Part shown: piece by piece, positions 10,482 through 19,852 of the stretch
Position numbering within the stretch: the stretch's first letter is position 1
Layout of the letters: each line of letters starts with the position of its first letter
NCBI GenBank assembly: GCA_963843555.1
Contig: CAWJKV010000015.1
Span: forward strand, 1 to 64,000
DNA: 64,000 nucleotides
From: an uncultured Methanosarcinales archaeon
GTDB lineage: Archaea; Halobacteriota; Methanosarcinia; Methanotrichales; Methanotrichaceae
Direction: 5' to 3'
Notes under the pieces: model-generated
What the model was told of the DNA's origin: nothing
Databases searched by the model: none
What the model saw: the letters and a program-made list of their open reading frames with translations, nothing else
Translations under genes and position numbers: made by a program

Positions 10482-10760
10482 ATGTTGGTGAAGGTCAGGG
10501 CATTTGCCGGCTTCCGGGAAATCTTGGGAAAAGAACGAGAGCTGGACGCAAGGGAGGGCTCGACGGTTGCAGATCTATTGAATGAACTGGCGTCTTCCAA
10601 TTCCATATTCAAAGAGTCGGCCTTTGACAGTTCGGGCAACCTGCAGGATTACGTTCTCCTGATGGTCAATAAGAAGAGGATAGATCCCCTGCAGGATCTG
10701 TCCCTGATGATGCACGAGGGTGACGAGCTGGCCATATTTCCCCCGGTGGCAGGAGGTTGA
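10482..10760 (+). CDS. moaD: MoaD/SAMP1-like ubiquitin-like protein
   Basis: VKVRAFA.FRE...GDELAIFPPVAGG; adjacent to moaE. Confidence 0.9.
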   Translation: MLVKVRAFAGFREILGKERELDAREGSTVADLLNELASSNSIFKESAFDSSGNLQDYVLLMVNKKRIDPLQDLSLMMHEGDELAIFPPVAGG

Positions 10761-11161
10761 AGTCCATGATCGAGATCACCAATCAGGACTTCTCCCTGGA
10801 CGAGATGATCAAGAGGGCCAAGAGATTGGATGCAGGCGCAGTTGTCACGTTTTTAGGCACTGTCCGGGACGATGGAATTGAAATGATGGAGCTGGAGGCT
10901 TTTCAAGAGGCAGCACTGCCAGAGCTGGAGAGCATTCGTGGTGAGGCCATGAGCCGCTTCGACCTGTTGTCGGTGGAGATCGTCCACCGCATCGGTCGTC
11001 TGTCTGTGGGCGACAACATAGTGGCCGTTGTCTGCTCGGCAGGGCACCGGGATGAGGCCTTCCAGGGATGCAGATATATCATTGAGGAGCTGAAAAAAAG
11101 AGCGCCCATCTGGAAGAAGGAGATCGGAAAAAATGGCGAGCGATGGGTCGGACGCGAATAG
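10757..11161 (+). CDS. moaE: Molybdopterin synthase catalytic subunit MoaE
   Basis: GAVVTFLGTVR, HRIGRL, HRDEAF, LKKRAPIWKKE. Confidence 0.95.
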   Translation: MKSMIEITNQDFSLDEMIKRAKRLDAGAVVTFLGTVRDDGIEMMELEAFQEAALPELESIRGEAMSRFDLLSVEIVHRIGRLSVGDNIVAVVCSAGHRDEAFQGCRYIIEELKKRAPIWKKEIGKNGERWVGRE

Positions 11162-11465
11162 TTTTTGTGTGGCATTATGCACTACCGCTCCAGGCGAAGC
11201 GGAGTGGATTGCCAGAGCGTTGGTGGAAGAGAGGCTGGCAGCGTGTGTGAATATCGCTCAGGTCAAATCCTGCTACCTATGGGAAGGGAAGCTCAATCTT
11301 GAAGGAGAGGAGCTTTTGATCATCAAAACAGAACATAGGATGGTCGAGCAGGTCATGGCGAGGATTAAAGAGCTGCATAGCTATAAAGTACCGGAGATCA
11401 TTGTGCTTCCCATAACGAGCGGTCATCAGCCTTACCTGGACTGGCTATCCCAATCGGTAGGATAA
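11133..11465 (+). CDS. cutA: Divalent-cation tolerance protein CutA
   Basis: LVEERLAACVN..YLWEG..ELHSYKVPEI. Confidence 0.95.
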   Translation: MASDGSDANSFCVALCTTAPGEAEWIARALVEERLAACVNIAQVKSCYLWEGKLNLEGEELLIIKTEHRMVEQVMARIKELHSYKVPEIIVLPITSGHQPYLDWLSQSVG

Positions 11466-11497
11466 TGCTATATTTTTACAGGGCATTGTAGGTTAAT

Positions 11498-11845
11498 ATG
11501 GGCAGAGATCTGAATGAGCAGGACTTGCAGATTTTAAAAAAGCTGGTTCCTGAGCTGGAGGAGCTGCAAAGCCAGGGAATCGATATTGAATACATGAACA
11601 TTCTGCCTCCTGTAGCCAATCACCACTCTCGGGATGTGCCGGATTTCGAGCAGCGCCTGAAAAAACTGTCTGCCGAGGATATGCGCTATCTGATGAATCT
11701 GATTCTAGAGGGTAGGGAAAGCCTGTGCTGTCTCGAGCCCCACTTCGCTGAGGTCTTCTTCACCGTGGCCGGGCAGAGGCTCTCCAGTGACGTAGCGGAT
11801 AGGCTCCGGGAAGCCTACGAATCAGGTGGAGAGTGCAGCGGATGA
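11498..11845 (+). CDS. Hypothetical protein
   Basis: 115-aa ORF in operon context with normal composition. Confidence 0.75.
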   Translation: MGRDLNEQDLQILKKLVPELEELQSQGIDIEYMNILPPVANHHSRDVPDFEQRLKKLSAEDMRYLMNLILEGRESLCCLEPHFAEVFFTVAGQRLSSDVADRLREAYESGGECSG

Positions 11846-12683
11846 ATCCGGATATTTTTGCGCTTTTTTGGCCGGAGGAAATATGGCTCTGATTATGTCC
11901 GCCGGGCATCCGAGCATTAACATCGATGACGGTGGTACAGGAGGAATCCCGGTGGTATTCATTCACTCCCTGGCGGGAAATGCCGCTCATTGGCTCATGC
12001 AGCTCGAACATCTCCGAAAGGAGCGGCGAGCGATTGCCTTAGATCTGCGCGGCCATGGCCAATCGGACCCCTCCTTGGATGGAGACTATGCAATAGCATC
12101 TCTCGCCGAAGATATTGATTCTGTGATAAGCTCACTGAGTTTGCAGCGATTTGTCCTCGTGGGCCACAGCATGGGAGGATCGGTTTCGATCGCCTATGCA
12201 GGAATGTATCCGGATAAGGTCGCAGGGCTTCTACTGGCTGATCCCTCAGGAGACGCGAGAATGGTTCCAAAAGAGATTATGATCCCGTTTATAGCCTCAT
12301 TAGAGTCGGAATCCTACGCACAATCTATTGAAGAATACTGGCAGGGAATGCTGGTCGGATCGAGGCCTGAGGTCCGGGAGAGGATCTTAAGAGATCTTCA
12401 TGACACCCGACAGGAGACGGTTGTCGGCGTATTCAGATCATCTCTTCAGTTCGATCCTGCAACCACGCTCCAGCGCTTCAAAGGGCCAAAACTGTCAGTC
12501 ATAACGCACCTTAACGACACTCCTCTCAGCCTGCATAATCTCCTGCCTGATCTGCCCGTCCTCAGAATAACAGGAACAGGGCACTGGATGCAAATGGACC
12601 GGCCTGATGAGTTCAATAGAATAATGGATGAGTTCTTGCTGTCGATCGAAACATCCAGCTCGAGTATAGGAGTTGCTAAATGA
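11826..12683 (+). CDS. Alpha/beta hydrolase (start uncertain, possibly 11883 or 11895)
   Basis: DLRGHG, GHSMGG nucleophile elbow, TGHW. Confidence 0.9.
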   Translation: MESAADESGYFCAFLAGGNMALIMSAGHPSINIDDGGTGGIPVVFIHSLAGNAAHWLMQLEHLRKERRAIALDLRGHGQSDPSLDGDYAIASLAEDIDSVISSLSLQRFVLVGHSMGGSVSIAYAGMYPDKVAGLLLADPSGDARMVPKEIMIPFIASLESESYAQSIEEYWQGMLVGSRPEVRERILRDLHDTRQETVVGVFRSSLQFDPATTLQRFKGPKLSVITHLNDTPLSLHNLLPDLPVLRITGTGHWMQMDRPDEFNRIMDEFLLSIETSSSSIGVAK

Positions 12684-13486
12684 CTACAGTAGGCTTTATC
12701 GGCACCGGCCACCTGGGAAGCATGCTGGTCCGTAAGTTCGTCGAGACAGGAGCGATAAAAGCGGAGAACATCCGTGTCAGCAACCGCAGCCCGGAGAAGG
12801 CCGAGCAATTGGCGAGGCAGGCGGGAGTGCGAACCGGAGATAACCGGGAGGTGGCCCAGAGTTCGGATATTCTCTTCCTGTGTGTGCGACCTCTGGACAT
12901 CAAAGGCCTTTTGAATGAACTCGGCGAACTGCTGACTCCGGAGAAGCTTGTCATTTCTGTGGCCGTGGATTTCTCTTTGCGCCAGCTGCAAGACCTCTGC
13001 CTGGCAAGAGTTGCCCGCGCTATCCCCAGTATTGCCTGTGAAAATCGAAACGGAGTTACCCTCATTGCAATGGCAGACAATACTACGCCGCTCGATCGAT
13101 CCCTACTTTTCTCTCTATTCGGGGCTATCGGAGACCCGGTCGCGGTTTCAGAGGACCATTTCGAAGTGCTGGGCGATCTAACCAGTTGTGGGCCGGGCTA
13201 TATCGCAGCCCTCTTGAGAGAGTTTGCCCTGGCAGCTTCCTGGAAAGGCATCCCAAGAGAACTGGCAGAAGAGCTGGTTAAGAAAACCATGATCGGCACA
13301 GCCCGCCTGCTGGAAGATGAGGGCTTTGAGGAGCTCATCTCCTGCGTGGCGACAAAGGGCGGAATAACCGAAGAGGGTGTGAGAGTCATTCATGCCGGGG
13401 CTCCCAGTATGTTCTGCCAGCTCTTCTCGGCCACGCGGGACAAGCATGATCTGGTAAAAGGCCTCATAAAAGATCAGGAGATATGA
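12680..13486 (+). CDS. proC: Pyrroline-5-carboxylate reductase family protein
   Basis: GFIGTGHLG, TSCGPGY, VATKGGITEEG. Confidence 0.85.
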   Translation: MTTVGFIGTGHLGSMLVRKFVETGAIKAENIRVSNRSPEKAEQLARQAGVRTGDNREVAQSSDILFLCVRPLDIKGLLNELGELLTPEKLVISVAVDFSLRQLQDLCLARVARAIPSIACENRNGVTLIAMADNTTPLDRSLLFSLFGAIGDPVAVSEDHFEVLGDLTSCGPGYIAALLREFALAASWKGIPRELAEELVKKTMIGTARLLEDEGFEELISCVATKGGITEEGVRVIHAGAPSMFCQLFSATRDKHDLVKGLIKDQEI

Positions 13487-13697
13487 TTATCCACTTTGCG
13501 CCCCAAGGGCAGGCCTCCTGAGTGTGGCATCATGTCTCGCGAAATCTCTCGCGCGAAATCCATTGTGCCGCCAGCGAACAGAGCAGCTGTCTTTTTTGCC
13601 CGGCAAGTGGCTTTATGATTTGTGAAGCCTATTGTTGCCGGTAATGATGAAACTCTTCTTAAATCTATCGATCTATGATATGAAGTCTACAATGTAT

Positions 13698-13772
13698 CTA
13701 ACCTTCTAACTCTAACCTCTAACCCTCTAACCGTAAGATTTAAATAAGAATTTGTCACTAACTAGAAGTTAG
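13698..13772 (+). promoter_or_regulatory. cdc48 promoter: TATA box TTTAAATA (13739-13746), HSR1-type palindrome CTAAC-N5-GTTAG (13758-13772) and five upstream CTAAC half-sites
   Basis: Exact match to the Archaeoglobus HSR1 operator consensus, upstream of a cdc48 gene. Confidence 0.75.
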
Positions 13773-13954
13773 TAATATCAAGTATCATATGTCCAGATAG
13801 GAAGATCGGGTCTCAGAGATCGCCATCTTCAGGATAATTCGTCATCCTGATGAGATGCTTTCAGCAGGAGATGAAATTTAGGTATCTGGGTTTGAAAAGT
13901 GGCAAAGATTAAGAAATTATTTAAGCTTACGAGGACAAAATATACTGGAGGATT

Positions 13955-16129
13955 TTGATGGCAGGAGATATCACACTCAAAGTTATTGAAGCACGCCCCA
14001 CGGATGTAGGACGGGGGATCGCACGGATTGATCCGGCAGTGTTCAGCGAGATGGGCTGGCAGGCAGGCGATGTGGTCAGCATTCAGGGAAAGAAGAAGAC
14101 CGCAGCATTGCTTTGGCCTGGCTACCCAGATGACACAAATACAGGTGTTGTACGTCTGGACGGAAACACTCGCCGGAATGCAGGCGTGAGCATAGACGAT
14201 AAAGTGCCGGTAAAAATTGCCCAGGCCACCATGGCCGAATCGGTAGTCTTTGCGCCCACGGTACCTCTGCGCATCACAGGCGGTGAGGAGTACCTGAAGA
14301 GGTACATGGAAGGCCGTGTCATCACCCGGGGAGACATCATTGAGATCTCTGTCATGGGCCGGAAGATTGAGCTCATGGCCACCCGCGTCGCGCCCGCTAA
14401 AGAAGCTGCAGTGATAGGCGACCGGACCAAGATCGAGATCTCTGACAAGCCTGCCAAAGAAGAGAAAGCAGGACCTAGGGTGACCTACGAGGACATCGGA
14501 GGCCTCTCTGCCGAGATCAAGAAGGTCAGAGAGATGATCGAGCTACCCATGAAGCACCCTGAGCTCTTCGAGCGCCTGGGTGTAGAGGCCCCCAAAGGCG
14601 TTCTGCTCTACGGTCCGCCCGGCACGGGCAAGACATTGCTCGCCAAAGCCCTGGCATCCGAGACCAATGCTCACTTCGAGACCCTGAGCGGCCCGGAGAT
14701 CATGTCCAAGTATTACGGCGAGTCTGAGGAGAAGCTGCGCCAGCTCTTCAAGAACGCTGAGGAGAACGCTCCTTCCATCATCCTCATCGATGAGATCGAC
14801 TCCATTGCGCCCAAGAGAGAAGAAGTGACAGGCGAGGTGGAGCGGCGGGTGGTGGCTCAGATGCTGGCTGCCATGGACGGCATGGAGACGCGCGGCAAAG
14901 TGGTTGTCATCGGTGCCACCAACCGGCCCGACTCTATTGACCCGGCTCTGCGCCGGCCTGGCAGATTCGACAGGGAGATCGAGATCGGCGTTCCCAACAG
15001 GCAATCCCGTCTGGAAGTCCTGCAGATTCACACCAGAGGCATGCCTCTTTCCAAGGACGTGGACCAGGAGAAGCTGGCCGATGTGACGCACGGCTTCGTG
15101 GGCGCTGATCTGGCCGCGCTGGCCCGCGAAGCTGCTATGCGCGCTATCCGCCGCGTTCTGCCCGAGATAGACCTGGAGGTCGAGTCCATACCCGTCGAGA
15201 CCCTCAACAAGATCGAGGTTAACAACGACGACTTCCTGGCGGCACTCCGCGAAATGGATCCTTCCGCCATGCGCGAGGTCCTGGTGGAGTCGCCCAATGT
15301 GCATTGGGACGAGATCGGCGGCCTCGATGACGTCAAGCAGCAGCTGATAGAGTCTGTGGAGTGGCCTCTGACCTACGCCAAGCTCTTCCTGCATATGGAC
15401 GCCAAGGCCCCCAAGGGCATACTCCTCTACGGGCCGCCCGGCACAGGCAAGACCATGCTCGCCAAAGCTGTGGCCACGGAGAGCCAGGCCAATTTCATCA
15501 GCATCAAAGGCCCGGAGTTCCTGAGCAAGTGGGTGGGCGAATCCGAGAAAGCCGTACGTGAGACCTTCCGCAAGGCAAGACAGGCGGCTCCGTCCGTGGT
15601 CTTCCTGGATGAGATCGACTCCATTGCCCCATCCAGAGGCGGAATGAGCAGCGACTCGCATGTCACTGAGCGCGTCATATCGCAGATCCTGACGGAGCTG
15701 GACGGTCTCGAGTCCCTGAACAGCGTGATGGTGATAGCGGCCACCAACAGGCCGGATATCATCGATCAGGCATTGCTCCGTCCGGGTCGATTCGACAGGC
15801 TCATCGAGATCGGCCTGCCTGATGAGACGGCCCGCCAGGAGATCCTGAAGATCCATATGGCCAAGAAGCCTCTGGCAGAGGACATCAAGGTGGAGGAGCT
15901 GGCCAAGAATACCGATAAGTACTCCGGAGCAGACCTGGGAGCGCTCGTCAACGAGGCGGTGATGCTGGCTATTCGCGAATACGTCCAGAGTGGAGCCTGC
16001 AAGATTGATGACGTATCTTGCGACTACAAGGTAGAGAAGAAGCACTTTGATGAGGCTTTGAAGGTGGTCCAGCCCACTGCTTCTGAGATGGACCTCTACA
16101 AGAAGTTTGCCAAAGCCAAGGCGAAATAA
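13955..16129 (+). CDS. cdc48: CDC48/VAT family AAA+ ATPase
   Basis: N-domain plus two AAA modules (GPPGTGKT twice, DEIDS twice, [18 protein letters not shown]). Confidence 0.98.
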   Translation: MMAGDITLKVIEARPTDVGRGIARIDPAVFSEMGWQAGDVVSIQGKKKTAALLWPGYPDDTNTGVVRLDGNTRRNAGVSIDDKVPVKIAQATMAESVVFAPTVPLRITGGEEYLKRYMEGRVITRGDIIEISVMGRKIELMATRVAPAKEAAVIGDRTKIEISDKPAKEEKAGPRVTYEDIGGLSAEIKKVREMIELPMKHPELFERLGVEAPKGVLLYGPPGTGKTLLAKALASETNAHFETLSGPEIMSKYYGESEEKLRQLFKNAEENAPSIILIDEIDSIAPKREEVTGEVERRVVAQMLAAMDGMETRGKVVVIGATNRPDSIDPALRRPGRFDREIEIGVPNRQSRLEVLQIHTRGMPLSKDVDQEKLADVTHGFVGADLAALAREAAMRAIRRVLPEIDLEVESIPVETLNKIEVNNDDFLAALREMDPSAMREVLVESPNVHWDEIGGLDDVKQQLIESVEWPLTYAKLFLHMDAKAPKGILLYGPPGTGKTMLAKAVATESQANFISIKGPEFLSKWVGESEKAVRETFRKARQAAPSVVFLDEIDSIAPSRGGMSSDSHVTERVISQILTELDGLESLNSVMVIAATNRPDIIDQALLRPGRFDRLIEIGLPDETARQEILKIHMAKKPLAEDIKVEELAKNTDKYSGADLGALVNEAVMLAIREYVQSGACKIDDVSCDYKVEKKHFDEALKVVQPTASEMDLYKKFAKAKAK

Positions 16130-16451
16130 GTCCGAAGCGATATCGTGGGGGCCGACAGATCCGGCCTCGGACATTCTTTATTAGAAGATATGACCTCGTA
16201 GGAAATGAGTTAGCTTCCCTCTTTCTTTTTTCAATGATGTTAATTCGATTCTCTGATGTTGATCGTAATTGGCTTTCGCCAGAGTTTAAATACCACTTTG
16301 CATCCGAATAGCTGGCGAATAGACCCCTTTCGAAAGGACCATTCAGTCGCAAGATTTAAGCAAAATCAGCTCTTCTAGAGGCCGCAAGGCTCATCCAGAT
16401 GAAAGGGTGGTGAATAATGTTAAATCTCTTCAAGGCATATCGGATCTTGAA

Positions 16452-16703
16452 ATGTTTGATGAATATATTACGGCGGCACTATCCAAAGCCAATTATAAGA
16501 TCCTGGATAACGGCGAGTATGTTGCTACCGTCCCTGGTCTGCAAGGTGTTTGGGCTAAAGGCAAGACTATCGAAGGAGCACGTACCGAGCTTGTCGAGGT
16601 TATTGAAGGTTGGAAAGCCTTACGCTTGAGATTAGGCTTGCCACTTCCATCGATGGATAACCAGGCCATAGAAGCATCAGCGGAGCCTATCGCAGGTGTC
16701 TAG
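16452..16703 (+). CDS. HicB-family antitoxin
   Basis: EYITAAL..YVATVPGLQGVWAKGKTIEGARTELVEVIEGW. Confidence 0.85.
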   Translation: MFDEYITAALSKANYKILDNGEYVATVPGLQGVWAKGKTIEGARTELVEVIEGWKALRLRLGLPLPSMDNQAIEASAEPIAGV

Positions 16704-16750
16704 ATTAACCACATTCGGGAACGGGATGTACGAGATTGAGGTTTAAGAAC

Positions 16751-17254
16751 TTACTCCGACCTCATCCAAGAGGGCTTCCAGACAGTGATCCAATTCACTT
16801 TCTCGAAATCCGAGTCATTTGTGGCAATATCTTGAATCCCGTTGCATCTCATGATATGGAGATTCAATGAGTCGTTAGTAAGCAGGCAATAAGCCTCTCT
16901 CAAGGCTCTGCTCTCAAATATTCCATCCCTGCCGAGGGGCAGTATGCCTATGTTGAACCTCGGTATTTCTGCGATTGCGTCTTCGCTTTTTTCAAGGGAC
17001 TTCAATGCTTCAGGATTCTTTTTCAGGAATTTTACTGCCTGTCCTGGCCGTATTCCATGATTTTCTGCAGCTTCCGCAATTGTCAATCTATGAAGAACCT
17101 CTGCCAATACAACCGTGGAAGTGCAAGCCGTTATGTCCCGTTTTTCAGCTTTGACTAGAAACGCAGTGCATGAATCGGATAAGTTTAGAAAATGATAGAT
17201 GAATATATTTGAATCGATGAAGATCCTGCTGCCATTCGGTACATTATCTAGCAT
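16751..17254 (-). CDS. PIN-domain (VapC) toxin
   Basis: IFIDSNIFIY..VLAEV..NDSL..IATNDSDF. Confidence 0.9.
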   Translation of the reverse strand: MLDNVPNGSRIFIDSNIFIYHFLNLSDSCTAFLVKAEKRDITACTSTVVLAEVLHRLTIAEAAENHGIRPGQAVKFLKKNPEALKSLEKSEDAIAEIPRFNIGILPLGRDGIFESRALREAYCLLTNDSLNLHIMRCNGIQDIATNDSDFEKVNWITVWKPSWMRSE

Positions 17255-17443
17255 CTATCCTACCAGCACGGAAAACTCATCACCATCTGCAATCGCTCTT
17301 GCAATCTCCGGATCAAGCTTGATGATGCCTCTGGTTCTGAGAACAGCGTTTTTTATTTCGATCTCGACCTCTTCCCCCTGCCGCAGGTTCAGCTTCTCAA
17401 GAGGCCTGAGAACCCCATTCTCATAAACCGCTTTGGTTATCAC
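17255..17443 (-). CDS. DUF104/AF2212-like antitoxin
   Basis: KAVYENGVLRPLEKLNLRQGEEVEIEI; directly upstream of the PIN gene. Confidence 0.9.
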   Translation of the reverse strand: MITKAVYENGVLRPLEKLNLRQGEEVEIEIKNAVLRTRGIIKLDPEIARAIADGDEFSVLVG

Positions 17444-17865
17444 AGAGAAGAACAGGATGTCATTCGATTTAAATCTGTCTCATAATAATTCGATATCACC
17501 TTGCCTATCTGCCGGCGAGCATTTGGCTATGTTCGTTTCAGCGTTTGGGCATGGCTGCCGCTTGTCTGGGAGAGGGCCTGCGGGCGGGCCCGCGGGCGCT
17601 GGCGGCAGGCATGTTCCACAGAGGCGATTGCCTGCTGGCCAGGTGAAGGACTATCTGGTGAATATGGGGATCAATGTTAGACGGTGATTTGCGGGCTGAA
17701 AAGGATTCCGAGAAGGCGTTGAAAGAGGGCTGGTAGCCTTCTTTGGCTCTTCTCATCAAAATCATAATGGTCCCTCAGATAGGTCTATCTTTCGGACTTG
17801 GTGGCTAATGTCTTTGGTAGGTAATGTCTTGATTCCCAGGTCTTTCCTGTCGCGCTTATCTTTCC

Positions 17866-17911
17866 TCTTATGTAATCGAGCAATATCTTTATCTAAAGTC
17901 ATTACATAAGA
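17866..17911. promoter_or_regulatory. Perfect 11-bp inverted repeat TCTTATGTAAT-N24-ATTACATAAGA around a TATA-like TTTATCTA
   Basis: Read directly from the sequence; ends 8 nt before the GTG start at 17920. Confidence 0.65.
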
Positions 17912-17919
17912 ATAATACT

Positions 17920-18246
17920 GTGATTCCCAAAACGATCAGCAACTGCCTTGAACATCAAGATCTACCAGTCCTTTATGAGGTAAGAGATCTTGTGGCGGAG
18001 CTGATCTTGAAAAAAGAGGGGGCCTTAAAACCGGCCGACGAGCCTCACGATAGGAATTCGAGGCGGGAGGTTTTGGAGGAGAGGCATTCCGGCTCCATCA
18101 CCTACCGGCAGGAGCGCGTCTCCTGCGGCAAGAACTGCAAAGGCTGTCCGCACGGGCCTTACTGGTATGGCTACTGGCGGGAGGGCGGCAAGACGCATTC
18201 CAAATACATCGGCAAGAATCTCAGAAAATCGGGTGCAGAAGTATGA
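17920..18246 (+). CDS. Small Cys/His-motif protein (DUF6788-like C-terminus)
   Basis: ERVSCGKNCKGCPHGPYWYGYWREGGKTHSKYIGK; stop overlaps the znuA start. Confidence 0.75.
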   Translation: MIPKTISNCLEHQDLPVLYEVRDLVAELILKKEGALKPADEPHDRNSRREVLEERHSGSITYRQERVSCGKNCKGCPHGPYWYGYWREGGKTHSKYIGKNLRKSGAEV

Positions 18247-19100
18247 TATATAATATTAATAAAATAGTGATACTGGTTTTGCTATTGCTCGTGCCGCTTT
18301 TTTGCGGTTGCGTCTCCCAGGATGAATCGCCTTCCGGAAAGGTCAATGTGGTCACAACCATTGCCCCCCTGGGCGACTTCGTCACAGCAGTGGGAGGCGA
18401 CAGGGTCGAGGTTACTGTGCTGGTCCCGCCTGGAGCCGAACCACATACTTACGAGCCTGCTCCATCTCAGATGAAAGATGTGGCAAAGGCGGATCTATAT
18501 GTCATGAATGGGGCGGGCCTCGAGTTCTGGATGGATAAAGTGCTGGGCATCAATGAGGAAATGTTGATAGTGGATTCTTCTCAAGGGATCGAGCTCATCA
18601 ACGAAACCGGTGGGGAAGCAGACCCGCACATCTGGGTTTCGTTGAGAAACGCGGCCGTGCAGGTAAACAACATCTGCTCCGGGCTGATACAGGTCGACCC
18701 GGAGAATAGAGATTACTATAGCAAGAACAGAGATGAGTATTTGCAGAAGCTGACGGCATTGGACGGAGAGCTGAACCAGACCTTTGCCGCCAGGACGGAC
18801 AAGACCTTCGTCGTATACCATCCTGCCTGGACCTATTTCGCCCGGGATTACGGCCTTGATCAGGTCCCACTACTGGAGAATGAGAAAGAGCCGGGGCCCA
18901 AATATCTCGCGAGCATAATCGATCTGGCAAAGAGAAACAATATTACTACTATATTTGTGGAGCCCCAATACAATCCCAAATCGGCAGAGGTTATAGCCAG
19001 GGAGATGAAGGCAAGCGTAGAAGTTTTGGATCCTCTTGGGCAAAATTATCTCGAAAATATGCGCTATTCCGGACAGGAGATCGCAAAGAGTCTAAAATGA
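18243..19100 (+). CDS. znuA: Zn/Mn ABC transporter substrate-binding lipoprotein
   Basis: Lipobox-like CGC, EPHTYEP, DPHIW, YHPAW. Confidence 0.92.
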   Translation: MIYNINKIVILVLLLLVPLFCGCVSQDESPSGKVNVVTTIAPLGDFVTAVGGDRVEVTVLVPPGAEPHTYEPAPSQMKDVAKADLYVMNGAGLEFWMDKVLGINEEMLIVDSSQGIELINETGGEADPHIWVSLRNAAVQVNNICSGLIQVDPENRDYYSKNRDEYLQKLTALDGELNQTFAARTDKTFVVYHPAWTYFARDYGLDQVPLLENEKEPGPKYLASIIDLAKRNNITTIFVEPQYNPKSAEVIAREMKASVEVLDPLGQNYLENMRYSGQEIAKSLK

Positions 19101-19852
19101 CGATAGTATCTATTAATAACCTCTGGGTCTGCCGGGCAGAGCACGCCGTCCTGGAGGACATAAACCTGGAGCTGGAACAAAGCGACTTCCTCGGGCTGAT
19201 CGGCCCCAACGGCGGCGGGAAGTCCACACTGCTGAAGGTGATGCTTGGCCTGATAAAGCCCGACCGGGGCGAGATCAGAATCTTTGGAATGAGGCCCGAG
19301 GCTGCGCGGGGGCGCGTAGGCTACATGCCGCAGAAGACAGTGTTCGACCAGAGCTTTCCTGTCAAGGTCCTGGATGTGGTGCTCATGGGAAGATACACCA
19401 GGACCGGCCTGTTCCACCGCTATGGACCACATGATCGCAAGGCAGCGCGCCACGCGCTGGAGGCGGTAGCAATGGAGGATCGCGCCGAACGCGAAATTGG
19501 CGCCCTCTCCGGTGGAGAACAGCAGAGGGTATTTGTGGCGCGCTCCCTGGTCTCCGATCCAGAGCTGCTCTTGCTGGATGAGCCCACCGCAGGTGTTGAT
19601 TCCGCTCAGCAGACGGAGTTCTATGATCTGCTCTGCCACCTGAACCATGATCTGGGAATTGCTATTGTGCTGGTATCCCACGACGTCACAGCCATCTCCA
19701 AATATGTCAGCAAGATCGCCTGCTTAAACCAGCGGCTTTATTACCATGGCTCCAAGGAGATCACCAACGAGGACATCGAGAAGGCTTATGGCTGCCCGGT
19801 GGAGATGATAGCCCATGGCACGCCTCATCGGGTCTTGAGGGAACATGATTGA
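19097..19852 (+). CDS. znuC: Zn/Mn ABC transporter ATPase
   Basis: GPNGGGKST, LSGGEQQR, LLDEPT. Confidence 0.92.
   Translation: MTIVSINNLWVCRAEHAVLEDINLELEQSDFLGLIGPNGGGKSTLLKVMLGLIKPDRGEIRIFGMRPEAARGRVGYMPQKTVFDQSFPVKVLDVVLMGRYTRTGLFHRYGPHDRKAARHALEAVAMEDRAEREIGALSGGEQQRVFVARSLVSDPELLLLDEPTAGVDSAQQTEFYDLLCHLNHDLGIAIVLVSHDVTAISKYVSKIACLNQRLYYHGSKEITNEDIEKAYGCPVEMIAHGTPHRVLREHD

Noticed and set aside
14543..16174. 543-aa antisense ORF and other long shadow ORFs (e.g. 567-1274, 32826-33947, 59163-59963)
   Set aside because: They lie opposite well-supported genes, lack motifs, and are expected from GC-rich codon bias.
17433..17687. GC-rich hairpins or ORF between the TA pair and the znu operon
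   Set aside because: Two short stems and a possible gene-tail remnant (GQVKDYLVNMGINVRR) are not enough for a call.
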